A DNA stretch of 64,000 nt from positions 3,296,001 to 3,360,000 of the forward strand of contig CBDCJH010000002.1 of NCBI GenBank assembly GCA_965217775.1, read 5' to 3'. The position numbers and the translations under genes were made by a program. Source of the DNA: Acidobacteriota bacterium (lineage in GTDB: Bacteria > Acidobacteriota > UBA6911 > RPQK01 > JAJDTT01). Shown here piece after piece: positions 39,100-49,098 of the stretch (within the stretch, counting starts at the first letter, position 1; every line of letters begins with the position of its first letter). The notes below the pieces were generated by a model. The model was not told the DNA's origin, ran no database searches, and worked only from the letters and a program-made list of their open reading frames with translations.

Positions 39100-40593
39100 A
39101 TGTTCAGGGTCCCTGGTAACCGCACCAGTGGACGGCTGTATTCCGCGGCTCTACGCCGGGCACGAACGTTTCCTCTTCTCCTGCTCTCGGCTTTCCTGGC
39201 CGGATTCTCCTCCGGATGCACCCGGCAGCTCGAGCGGCCGAACATCGTTTTGATCCTGGCCGATGACCTGGGCTGGAACCAGTTGGGCTGCTACGGAAGC
39301 AGTTTCTACGAGACTCCCAACCTCGACGGCATGGCTCGAGAGGGGATGCGTCTCACCGACGCCTACGCGGCCAGCCCCGTCTGCTCCCCGACTCGAGCCA
39401 GCATCATGACGGGCAAGTACCCGGCGCGACTCCACGTCACCAAGTTCATCTCGCCGCAGGACTACGTCCCCAACCCGAACGCCAAGCTGTTGGATCCCGA
39501 CTGGACACCCTATCTGCGCTTGGAGGAGGAGACGATCGCCGAAGCCTTGAAGAAGCTGGGGTACGTGACGGCCGGCTTCGGAAAATGGCACCTCAGCCGC
39601 GTCAAGACGCCTCCCGAGAGCCTGCCCTTCAATCCGGACAAGCAAGGTTTCGACCAGCACTTCGTAACCTACAAGCCGGTCCCATCCATGGCCAGGAAGT
39701 GGCAGACGCCGGAGGACGATGCCCACAACGTGGGAATCATCACCGAGAAGTCCCTGGAGTTCATGGAGAAGAACCGTGAGAGGCCCTTCTTCCTCTTCGT
39801 TTCGCACAACAGCATTCACACCCCCCTGGTGGAGAAGAAGGCTCTGATCTCCAAGTACCGGAGGAAGCCGGACGTCGACTCTCCCACCAACCACCCGGTT
39901 ATCGGAGCCATGATCGAGACCCTGGATCGCAGTGTCGGCCGGCTGCTGGCCAAAATCGACGAGATGAAGCTGACCGAGAGGACCCTCGTGCTTTTCTATT
40001 CCGACAACGGAGGATTGGATTGGACCGCGACCGAGGGGCAGATCGCCGCCAACGATCCGTTGCGGGCCGGAAAGGCCGACCTCTACGAAGGGGGAATCCG
40101 GGTGCCCTTGATCGTCCGCTGGCCGGGCCGAATCCCCCCCGGCCGCGTCTCCGGGGAACCTGTCAACAGCGTGGATCTCTTTCCCACGCTGCTGGAGGCA
40201 GCCGGAGGCACCGAGACGGGCAAGGACACCGACGGCGTGAGCCTGCTGCCGCTTCTCACGGGGCCCGTGGTCCCCGGCCGGGACGCGCTCTTCTGGCACT
40301 ACCCCCACTACCACAAGTTCGGAGCCTTCCCTTCGAGCGCCATCCGGAAGGGTGAGTACAAACTGATCGAGTGGCACGAGGCCGGGATCTACGGATCGGA
40401 CAATCGGTACGAACTCTACGACTTGGTGGACGATCTGGGGGAGTCTCGAAATCTGGCCTCCGTCCTGCCGGAGAAGACCCGGGAACTGGCAGCCGACCTG
40501 GAGAACTGGCGGCGCTCGGTGGGAGCCCAGATGCCGAAGCGCAACCCCGACTATCGGCCGGAAGGCCAGCCGCGGGCGCGTGACCGGGAGTAG
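39100..40593 (+). CDS. Sulfatase (S1)
   Basis: PNIVLILADDLG, CSPTRASIMTG, GKWHL, GKADLYEGGIRVP. Confidence 0.92.
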   Translation: MFRVPGNRTSGRLYSAALRRARTFPLLLLSAFLAGFSSGCTRQLERPNIVLILADDLGWNQLGCYGSSFYETPNLDGMAREGMRLTDAYAASPVCSPTRASIMTGKYPARLHVTKFISPQDYVPNPNAKLLDPDWTPYLRLEEETIAEALKKLGYVTAGFGKWHLSRVKTPPESLPFNPDKQGFDQHFVTYKPVPSMARKWQTPEDDAHNVGIITEKSLEFMEKNRERPFFLFVSHNSIHTPLVEKKALISKYRRKPDVDSPTNHPVIGAMIETLDRSVGRLLAKIDEMKLTERTLVLFYSDNGGLDWTATEGQIAANDPLRAGKADLYEGGIRVPLIVRWPGRIPPGRVSGEPVNSVDLFPTLLEAAGGTETGKDTDGVSLLPLLTGPVVPGRDALFWHYPHYHKFGAFPSSAIRKGEYKLIEWHEAGIYGSDNRYELYDLVDDLGESRNLASVLPEKTRELAADLENWRRSVGAQMPKRNPDYRPEGQPRARDRE

Positions 40594-40663
40594 ATCGATG
40601 CCGGGAACCGGAAGAGACTCGGGGCGGCTCCGATTTCAGCCATGGGCGGGACCGCGAGGAAAG

Positions 40664-42426
40664 GTGGCTATCCATCTCGCCCTGGTTCTCGGCGTGGCCT
40701 TTTCCGCCGGCTGGCCGGACATCGTGGTGGCCAACTATGGCGAGGAGAGCGGGCATCGCCAAGGTTATCGCCTGCACCGGGAGTCGTATGTCTACTGGGG
40801 GGCTCCCGACGGGTACTCAGCCGAGCGGCGCACGTCCATCCCCACCTTGAGCGCCATCAGCTGTGCCGTCGGGGACTTCGACGGCGACGGATGGGCAGAT
40901 CTCGCGTTTGCCAACAACAACCTCGAGCACCAGAGCCTGAGTCTCCATTGGGGCTCGAGCGCGGGATTCGACGGCGCCAGGCAGCTGGATCTGGAGGCGG
41001 GCAACCCGCGGCTGGTCCGAGCCGCCGATCTCGATCTCGACGGGACAGACGAACTGGTCGTGTTCTCGGGGAAGACGAGATCGGCCTTCTTCGATGCCGA
41101 TCGAACCGAGAGATCCAACCTGGATTCGGGATCCGCGGGCCTTCTGCTCTTCCAAATCTCTGAAAGGCCCAGCTTGGGCCGGCCCCGGCGCCTGCCCGCC
41201 GAGGAGGTCCGGGAGGTGATCGCCCGGGACCTCAACGGAGACGGTCACGTCGACCTGACTCTGGCCGGCCAAGTCGCCGATCAAGGGTCGGAAGTCACGG
41301 GTTCGGCACTCTACTGGGGATCGGGCGCCGGATTCGATCCCGGGCGGCGGACCGTTCTGCCGACTCTTTCCCCGGGATCGGTGGCGTCTGCGGATCTCAA
41401 CCGGGACGGCCATATCGACCTGGTCTTCGCCAACGCGGAAACCTCCAAGACCCACGACCCTCCCTCCCACATCTACTGGGGGTCGGAGAAGGGCTTCCAC
41501 CCGGCCCGGCGCTCCCACCTGCAGGGGTTCGGAGCCGTCGGCGTGACGGCCGCGGACCTGAACCGGGACGGCCATCCCGAGATCGTGCTCATGAACCGGC
41601 TCAGCGGCAGGAAAGCGGGCGAAATTCCTTCGCTCATCTTCTGGGGGAACTCGGCCCATCACTACTCGGAGGCGAAAGCGGTAGAATCGGTCCATATTTC
41701 CCCGATTTGTCGGCGAATAGAACAACTATGCACCTCCAAATCGAGAAAATCTGGCCTCGATTCCCCACTTTCTCGCTACGATCATTTCTACCGCGCAGAC
41801 TCCTGGTTTCCAGCAACTACAAGGCGGAGCAGACCCGGAGCCTTCCCGTCTTCATCTATTGGGGCAGCGCCGGGGCCGGCTACGAAAACCGCCGCAGGAC
41901 CGAACTTCCGGCGGAATCATCCTGCGGCATCCAGTTGCTGGACCTGAATCAGGACCGGTACCCGGAGATCGTCGTCAAAAACCACATCAAGGATGGCGAC
42001 CACAACTTCGGCGCCTACCTCTACTGGGGAGGCGAGGAGGGCTATTCCGTACAGCGCCGGACCCACCTTCCAACGGCGGGAACGCATTTCGCTCATGGGA
42101 TCGCTCCCGGCAACATCTATGACCGGGGTCCTGAGTACGACTATCTGTCGCCGGTGCTCCCGATCCCGGACAAACGGTGCTTCCTGGTTCCTGAATGGAG
42201 GGGTGAGACACCCCACAACACCTCGATCCGCATGCAGCTTCGCTTCGGATCTGACCAGTCACCATTGACTGGCGCCGCCTGGAGGGAGACCGGCCGCGGG
42301 GAGTGCCACTCCCTGAATGAGGATTCCGCGGCCCTGCAATACCGTGCCGTCCTGGTATCGCCGGATGGGGGCAACAGTCCCGTCCTGGAGGAAGTCATCC
42401 TGCGTTTCGTGGACTCATGTCCCTGA
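40664..42426 (+). pseudogene. FG-GAP/VCBS repeat protein, internally deleted and interrupted by MITE-B
   Basis: DLNxDG and YWG repeats; frame broken at 41672-41803; signal peptide joined directly to a half repeat (GWPDIVVAN). Confidence 0.75.
41672..41803. mobile_element. MITE-B, left-truncated copy
   Basis: Nearly identical to 44109-44240. Confidence 0.8.
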
Positions 42427-42579
42427 CAATCCCGGGCTCACAGCCACGTTCAGGAGCGATCCCAAGGCCAGCCGGTACTGGGATGGCCGCCAAGTGTCGC
42501 TGGGCAGGATGACGAGGGGCTCCTTGCCTTGTCGCGCTGTTGCTTCCGCCGTCATATAGTATTGGCCAGGAACCTGCAG

Positions 42580-44046
42580 ATGTTTTCTTCCTTCCTCCTT
42601 CGAACCTTCCGGATCGCAGCCGGTTTCCCGCTGCTGGCGTCGTGTCATCCCACGCCTGAACCAGCGGATGCGTCGGAATCCTTGGCGATCGGCACGAGAC
42701 TGGAACTGCTCCTGGACGACTATCTGATCGAGTCCCGCAGGAACCTGGAATTCGATGTCCATCAGCCTCGGCCTGCAGAGAAAGTGATGACCTTCGAAGC
42801 TCTCTGGGAGGGCCCCTTCTGCGATTACTTCACCGTCTTCGAGGACAAGGGTGTCTTCCGAATGTACTACGCGACTCACCCACAAGCAGGCTTCGCCTCG
42901 GACACGGATCAGTTCACCTGCTATGCGGAGAGCACGGACGGAATCCACTGGACGAAACCATGGCTCGGAATCGTCCAGTTCCAGGGATCCGGGAACAACA
43001 ACATCATCAATCGAGGCTGGACCGCTCACAATTTCAGCCCCTTCATCGACACCAAACCGGGGACGCCTGCCGACCAACGATACAAAGCGGTCGGAGGTCA
43101 TGCCCGGATCGGCGGGCTGAAGGTCTTCGCCTCGCGCGATGGCCTTCACTGGCGCCTTTTGGCCGAAGAGGCCCGGATCACCAAGGGCAGCTATCCGGAA
43201 CCCGTGGGTTTCGATTCGCAGAACATCGCCTTCTGGGATCCGCGCCGAGAATCCTACTTCGCCTATTTCCGAGTCAAACACAACGGCAAGCGGGCCATCG
43301 GCATCAGCTCCTCGAAAGACTTTCTCCACTGGTCGGATCCCGAACTGGTACGGGTGGAAGCTCCTTCTCAGGAACACATCTATACGAATGCGACGCTCCC
43401 CTATTTCCGAGCGCCTCACCTCTACCTGGCCTTTCCCATGCGTTATGCTCCCGGCCACCCCTCTTCGATCCCAGACACCAAGAGCGCCTGCGACGCTGTC
43501 TTGATGTCCAGCCGGGACGGCAGAAACTTCAAGCAGCATTCCAGCGAGCCTTTTCTCTGGCCCGGTCCCGAGAAGGAGAACTGGACCAAGCACAGCAACA
43601 TGCCGGCCTGGGGGTTGCTGGCCACATCGGAAACCGAGTTGTCGGTGTACTACACCCAGCATTTCTATCTCCCCACCGCCCACTTGAGGCGAGGAACAAT
43701 GGGTATCGACCGCTTCGTCTCCCTGCACGCTCCCCTCTCAGGAGGGGAGTGGACCAGCAAACCGCTGCAATTCTCCGGCGATGACCTGGTCCTGAATTAC
43801 CGGACGAGCGCCGTCGGCAGCATCCGCGTGTCGATCCTGGACCGCGACGGGCAACCGCTGGACGGCTTCCAACTGGAGCAGTGCCCCGAGATTTACGGCG
43901 ACGAGATCGCGCGCACTGTATCCTGGGAAGACGGCGGGGCGAAGCTGGCGAAACTGAAGGGTCAAATCGTCCGTCTGCGTTTCGTGATGGAGGATGCGGA
44001 TCTCTTCTCGATCCAGTTCCGGGAGGCTCAGGCGGCCGGCAGCTGA
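42580..44046 (+). CDS. Beta-propeller glycosidase-like protein (family P), probable lipoprotein
   Basis: LLASC lipobox; IGTRLELLLDDYLI ... RLRFVMEDADLFSIQF. Confidence 0.7.
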   Translation: MFSSFLLRTFRIAAGFPLLASCHPTPEPADASESLAIGTRLELLLDDYLIESRRNLEFDVHQPRPAEKVMTFEALWEGPFCDYFTVFEDKGVFRMYYATHPQAGFASDTDQFTCYAESTDGIHWTKPWLGIVQFQGSGNNNIINRGWTAHNFSPFIDTKPGTPADQRYKAVGGHARIGGLKVFASRDGLHWRLLAEEARITKGSYPEPVGFDSQNIAFWDPRRESYFAYFRVKHNGKRAIGISSSKDFLHWSDPELVRVEAPSQEHIYTNATLPYFRAPHLYLAFPMRYAPGHPSSIPDTKSACDAVLMSSRDGRNFKQHSSEPFLWPGPEKENWTKHSNMPAWGLLATSETELSVYYTQHFYLPTAHLRRGTMGIDRFVSLHAPLSGGEWTSKPLQFSGDDLVLNYRTSAVGSIRVSILDRDGQPLDGFQLEQCPEIYGDEIARTVSWEDGGAKLAKLKGQIVRLRFVMEDADLFSIQFREAQAAGS

Positions 44047-44079
44047 CGAGGTCGAACGGGATAGTCGATTCTCGGCCCA

Positions 44080-44240
44080 GGAGCCTGCGCGGCAGAAATT
44101 GATCTACTGCGAAAGCGGTAGAATCGGTCCATATTCCCCCGATTTCTCGGCGAATAGAACAACTATGCACCTCCAAATCGAGAAAATCTGGCCTCGATTC
44201 CCCACTTTCTCGCTACGATCATTTCTACCGCGCAGACTCC
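44080..44240. mobile_element. MITE-B, complete 161-bp palindromic element
   Basis: Left end ggagcctgcgcggcagaaat versus reverse complement of right end ggagtctgcgcggtagaaat (18/20); imperfect symmetry continues inward. Confidence 0.8.
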
Positions 44241-44268
44241 CCGGTCCCTTCAACCTGGAGGACGGACG

Positions 44269-45792
44269 ATGAGAATGAGACTTTCGGCTCTCACGGCGGC
44301 CTTCCTGGCGCTCCCTCTGGGTGCGGCGCCCCCTGCAGAGCAGGCCGAATCCGGGAAGCCTATCGACATCGGCTCCCGACTGGAACTTTTCGTCGATCAC
44401 CACCTGATCGATCGGCTGGACGGAGCGCGCCTGATGATGGGACACCCCCGGCCGGCGGGAACAGTCCTGAAGGCGGATCGGCCGTGGGAGGGTCCCCACA
44501 ACTGGGGTTTCCAGGTGATCCACGACGGCGGCGTCTATCGCATGTTCTACCGGGGATGGTCCGAAGACGGATCCGTCGTCCTCTGCTACGCCGAGAGCCG
44601 CGACGGTGTCCGCTGGGAGAAACCCAGTCTGGGGCTGCTGGAGGTGAATGGCACCCGGGAGAACAACGCGGTGGCCGTGGTCGACGAGACCGGTCGCCGC
44701 CCGGTCCACTACCTTTTCCCTTTCATCGACGCCCGTCCCGGCGTGCCGGCCGCCGAGCGTGTGAAGGGAATCCGCGCCATCCTCCAGTCCAAGGAACCAT
44801 TCCTCATGCACGTCTACCTGTACGGTTCCAAAGACTGGTTCCAGTGGCGGCGGCTACGCGAGGAACCCATCATCGCAACCGGAATCCGCAACGCCTTCGA
44901 TGCCTCCAACTACGTCTTCTGGTCGCAGACGGAGGGACTCTACGTCTGCTATTTCCGCTACATGGTAAAGCGCCCAAACAGCTCTTCTCCGTCAGGACTC
45001 CGATCCATTCAGCGTGCCACCTCCCGGGATCTGATTCACTGGTCCGAGCCGAAGGGGATGACCTACAGCGATACCGGGACCGTCGTACCCTCCGACCACT
45101 TGTACACCAACAACACGGAGCCCTATTTTCGAGCCCCCCATCTCTACGTGGCTCTGGCTGCCCGTTTCATGAAGGGCCGACGCGTCGTCACCGACGCCCA
45201 ACTGGACCGGATGCGAGTGGCTTCACAAGGAGGCCACGCCTACTACGAGGACTGCTCCGACGGGGTGCTTCTGACGACCCGGCCCGGGACCACCCGGATC
45301 GACCGGACCTTCCTGGAGGCCCTGGTGCGGCCGGGGCGGGGACCGGAGAACTGGGTCTCCCGGACCAACTATCCCCTGAGGGGAGTGGTGCAGACCGGAC
45401 CCGCGGAGATGTCGTTCTTCGTGAGCCGGCACTACGCCCAACCTTCCTGGCACATCGAGCGCATGACCCTGCGCCTGGATGGATTCAGCTCCGTTCGGGC
45501 TCCCTACCAGGGAGGCGAGATGCTCACCAGACCCCTGATCTTCTCGGGAAACCGGCTGGTGATCAACTACGCCACCAGCGCGGCCGGAAGTCTTCGAGTG
45601 GAGGTCCAGGACATGGGAGGCCAGCCTTTCCCCGGATTCTCTCTCTCCGATTGCCGGGAGATCATCGGGGACGAGATCGAACGTCTGGTCACGTGGGAAG
45701 GTCGCCAGGATCTGAGTCGTCTCTCAGGGAAGCCGGTTCGGCTGCGCTTCGTCATGAAGGATGCGGATCTCTACTCCATGAGATTCCGATAG
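44269..45792 (+). CDS. Secreted beta-propeller glycosidase-like protein (family P)
   Basis: GGAGG RBS; DIGSRLELFVDHHLI ... RLRFVMKDADLYSMRF. Confidence 0.7.
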   Translation: MRMRLSALTAAFLALPLGAAPPAEQAESGKPIDIGSRLELFVDHHLIDRLDGARLMMGHPRPAGTVLKADRPWEGPHNWGFQVIHDGGVYRMFYRGWSEDGSVVLCYAESRDGVRWEKPSLGLLEVNGTRENNAVAVVDETGRRPVHYLFPFIDARPGVPAAERVKGIRAILQSKEPFLMHVYLYGSKDWFQWRRLREEPIIATGIRNAFDASNYVFWSQTEGLYVCYFRYMVKRPNSSSPSGLRSIQRATSRDLIHWSEPKGMTYSDTGTVVPSDHLYTNNTEPYFRAPHLYVALAARFMKGRRVVTDAQLDRMRVASQGGHAYYEDCSDGVLLTTRPGTTRIDRTFLEALVRPGRGPENWVSRTNYPLRGVVQTGPAEMSFFVSRHYAQPSWHIERMTLRLDGFSSVRAPYQGGEMLTRPLIFSGNRLVINYATSAAGSLRVEVQDMGGQPFPGFSLSDCREIIGDEIERLVTWEGRQDLSRLSGKPVRLRFVMKDADLYSMRFR

Positions 45793-45858
45793 AAGCAGAA
45801 TCCACGGAACCTCCGGGAGGTGCGTCCTGCCGGGATCGGGCGCGCCGCTGCTTCCGGC

Positions 45859-47229
45859 TCAGTACGCTTCCGTAACCCCGAACAAAGGCGGGTTGCTCAT
45901 CCACTTGCCCTGGGTGAAATCCGGGAAGTCCACCGGTGCGCTCGAGCGCCGGATCGATTGTTCGGAGAGGGGTGAGATCGCCATCCAGGCCGCCATGTCG
46001 TAGACGTCGATGGGAGGGTCGATCTTCCGCTTGATGCACTCCTTGAAGGCCCGGAGTTCCAGAAAGTCGGTTCCGCCATGTCCTTTGCGGATTCCCTCGG
46101 CCAAGTATCTCTTCCACAGCGGATGCTCGAACCGTTCCTGAAATCGATCGAAGGACTGCCACCGGTGCCGTGGCTCCATGCCGTCCAGGTAGATCATGGA
46201 CTTGTCCTTCGAACGGCTGTCCGCATCCTGCATCCAGATGCCTTTCGTACCCTGGACCACGTACAGGAAGGAGTTGGGTCGGGGCAGGCGGGTGTCGAAC
46301 TTGATGACCACCGTTTCCTCATTCGAACACTTGATGGTCGTGGTGACGAGATCACCCTGCTTCCAGGCGATGTTTCGACGCGGGTGACCGGCCGGAAGAT
46401 TCTCCTCGGACCATTTGCCCAAGCCTCGTGACTTGGTGGCCATCGAGGTCAGGTATTCGAAACGGTTCCCTCGTTGAATGTTCAGGCAGTGGGCTACGGG
46501 ACCGATGCTGTGGGTCGGATAGAGCTCTCCGTTGCGGTACTGGTTGTGCATGGAGCGGTAGTCCCCTTCCCCCTTGGGAGTGGGACCCGTGCCCTTTCCC
46601 AGGACCAGGCGTTCGCGCAGATCATGGGCATAACCGCACTGGCAGTGGATCAGTTCCCCGAATACGCTCTCGCGGACCATTCTGAGGATCGCCATGTTGT
46701 ATCGGGCATAGCAGTTATTCTCCAGGAGCATGCAGGGAACCCGGGTTTCCTCGTAGGTCTCCACCAGTTCCCAGCACTCTTCGATGGAGTTGGCCGGGCC
46801 GACTTCGACTCCCGCATAGATTCCGGCCTTCATGGAATCGACGGCCATGGGGATGTGCAGCTCCCAGGGAGTGGCGATGACGACACCGTCGAGGTCATCG
46901 CGTTGCAGCAATTCGAGGTAGGAGCGCTCATCCTTGCCGTACCCCTCGGGACGTGAGCGGCCCGACTCCTCGACCGCGTCCTGAGCTCGACGCAGGTTGT
47001 CGGGGGCGATGTCGCAAACCGCTGGTATGCTCACGTCGGAAAACCCCAGACACAACCTCAGGAGCTTCGATCCCCGGCCTCCTATGCCAATCAAGCCGAG
47101 GCTGACCTTCTGGTCATCGGCGCCCTTCAGGATGGCGGGCGTCAGACCGAGTCCAAGGCCGGCAGCGGACACCTGCTTGAGGAAACCTCGGCGGTCGGAT
47201 TGCGAAACGCTCATGTTCTGTCGGTTCAT
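45859..47229 (-). CDS. Tat-exported NAD-dependent glycosidase, GH109-like (Gfo/Idh/MocA fold)
   Basis: DRRGFL leader, IGIGGRG, IATPWELH, LENNCY, GYAHDLR, YPTH, GHGGTDF, DVYD.A.W. Confidence 0.8.
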   Translation of the reverse strand: MNRQNMSVSQSDRRGFLKQVSAAGLGLGLTPAILKGADDQKVSLGLIGIGGRGSKLLRLCLGFSDVSIPAVCDIAPDNLRRAQDAVEESGRSRPEGYGKDERSYLELLQRDDLDGVVIATPWELHIPMAVDSMKAGIYAGVEVGPANSIEECWELVETYEETRVPCMLLENNCYARYNMAILRMVRESVFGELIHCQCGYAHDLRERLVLGKGTGPTPKGEGDYRSMHNQYRNGELYPTHSIGPVAHCLNIQRGNRFEYLTSMATKSRGLGKWSEENLPAGHPRRNIAWKQGDLVTTTIKCSNEETVVIKFDTRLPRPNSFLYVVQGTKGIWMQDADSRSKDKSMIYLDGMEPRHRWQSFDRFQERFEHPLWKRYLAEGIRKGHGGTDFLELRAFKECIKRKIDPPIDVYDMAAWMAISPLSEQSIRRSSAPVDFPDFTQGKWMSNPPLFGVTEAY

Positions 47230-47439
47230 CCTGTTCCTCCTGGCCCGACCGAGCCGTCTTCCCGGCGGCAGGTTCGGTAGTCTGTGGCGAAAGTCGTCAC
47301 GCCATTCCACTGGGTCTGCATTCCGGCAGACCGGGTTGCTTCTCGATCACATAGGGTCGAATAGGTTCCCTCGTCGCGCCTTGTCCGGCGGACGCAGCCC
47401 CCGTCTCGGCGCTACGCAGGATTTCTACCACGGGAGGGA

Positions 47440-47489
47440 GAAATAGACTGTCCCCTTTTCGCCCTTTCCCCTTTTCGCCCTTTTCGGTC
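47440..47489 (+). repeat. GACTGTCCCCTTTTC motif, copy 3, with slipped CCCTTTTCG repeats
   Basis: gaaatagactgtccccttttcgccctttccccttttcgcccttttcggtc. Confidence 0.8.
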
Positions 47490-47568
47490 GTCCCGTGCCA
47501 AGGCGGCTCAACGCGCCTGAACTGTTTCATTGACCGGACGTTGTCGACATACTACTCGTCAAGGACCG

Positions 47569-49098
47569 ATGTCGCGTCATCGTATCTTCCAACAGCTCAT
47601 CATCCTCGGCTGTAGTCTTCTTGCGGCCTTCAGCCCAGGCTGCTCCCTGCAGCGCAAGCCCAACATCGTCTTCATCCTCGCCGACGACCTGGGCTACCGC
47701 GAGCTGGGCTGCTTCGGCCAGGAGCTGATCCGCACCCCCAACCTGGACCGCCTGGCCCGGCAGGGGATGCGGCTGACGCAGCACTACTCGGGCAGCCCGG
47801 TCTGTGCTCCCTCCCGTTGCGTCCTGATGACCGGGAAGCACCCGGGCCATGCCTACATCCGCAGCAACAAGGCCACGCCACCCGAGGGTCAGGAGCCCAT
47901 CCCCTCCGCGGAAATCACCCTGGCGGAATTGCTGCGGACACAGGGGTACGTCACCGGGGCCTTCGGCAAGTGGGGACTGGGTGGACCCGGATCCAGCGGA
48001 GAGCCGCTGCGGCAGGGAATGGACCGATTCTTCGGATACAATTGCCAGAGCCACGCCCACAGCTACTATCCCTCGTACCTTTGGAGCGACCATCAACGCA
48101 TCCCGCTGCGGAACGATCCACCGGTTCCCGGGCACGCCGGCCTCGCCCCGGGAGACGATCCTTTCGATCCACGCAGCTACGATCGCTTCAAGGGGCCGGG
48201 CTATGCTCCCGATCGGATCAACGGCCAGGCGTTGGAGTTCATCCGGGCCAACCGGAACCGGCCGTTCTTCCTCGACTACCCGACCATCATTCCGCACCTG
48301 GCGCTTCACGTACCCGACGAGGAGCTCGAGCCCTATCTCGACCTGGGGTGGGAGGACCCACCCTTCACGCGGTCCGAGGGCCGTGGCTACACGCCGCATT
48401 TCACGCCGCGAGCCGCCTACGCGGCCATGATTACGCGGATGGATCGCTTTGTGGGCAGGGTCTTGAGGCTGCTGGACGAGCTCGGCCTGGCGGAAGACAC
48501 CATCGTCGTGTTCAGCTCCGACAACGGGACCACGCACCTGGATCAGGAAGTGGACCACGAGTTCTTCAAGAGTGTGGGCGAGCTGAGGGGATTGAAGGGC
48601 TCGCTGTACGAGGGAGGGATCCGGGTGCCGGCGTTGGTCCGCTGGCCGGGCCGCGTGGAGTCGGGCTCCGAGAGCGGCCGGATCAGCGGCTTCGAGGACT
48701 GGATGCCCACCCTTCTGGAACTGGTCGGCGCCCCCCAGGCCAAGCCGAAGAAGATCGATGGAATCAGCCTGGCACCCACACTGCTCGGGCAAAGACAGGA
48801 TCCGCGACCATTCCTGTACCGTGAGTTCCCCAGCTACGGAGGGCAGCAGGCGGTGCGCGTAGGAGACTGGAAGGCCGTCCGGCAGAACATGAACGATGGA
48901 AATCTCGAGGTCGAGTTGTACCATCTCGCTCAGGACATCGGTGAGCGGAACAACATCGCCGACCGGTATCCGGAGGTGGTGTCGGAGTTCACCGCACTGA
49001 TGGAGAGAGAGCACACGCCATCCAGGTTGTTCCCACTGAAACCGCTGGACTCGCCACATAGAAACTCGGAGGCAGCGAAAGGAGTCCACCTTCGATGA
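47569..49098 (+). CDS. Arylsulfatase (S1)
   Basis: PNIVFILADDLGY, CAPSRCVLMTG, GKWGL, GLKGSLYEGGIRVP. Confidence 0.92.
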   Translation: MSRHRIFQQLIILGCSLLAAFSPGCSLQRKPNIVFILADDLGYRELGCFGQELIRTPNLDRLARQGMRLTQHYSGSPVCAPSRCVLMTGKHPGHAYIRSNKATPPEGQEPIPSAEITLAELLRTQGYVTGAFGKWGLGGPGSSGEPLRQGMDRFFGYNCQSHAHSYYPSYLWSDHQRIPLRNDPPVPGHAGLAPGDDPFDPRSYDRFKGPGYAPDRINGQALEFIRANRNRPFFLDYPTIIPHLALHVPDEELEPYLDLGWEDPPFTRSEGRGYTPHFTPRAAYAAMITRMDRFVGRVLRLLDELGLAEDTIVVFSSDNGTTHLDQEVDHEFFKSVGELRGLKGSLYEGGIRVPALVRWPGRVESGSESGRISGFEDWMPTLLELVGAPQAKPKKIDGISLAPTLLGQRQDPRPFLYREFPSYGGQQAVRVGDWKAVRQNMNDGNLEVELYHLAQDIGERNNIADRYPEVVSEFTALMEREHTPSRLFPLKPLDSPHRNSEAAKGVHLR

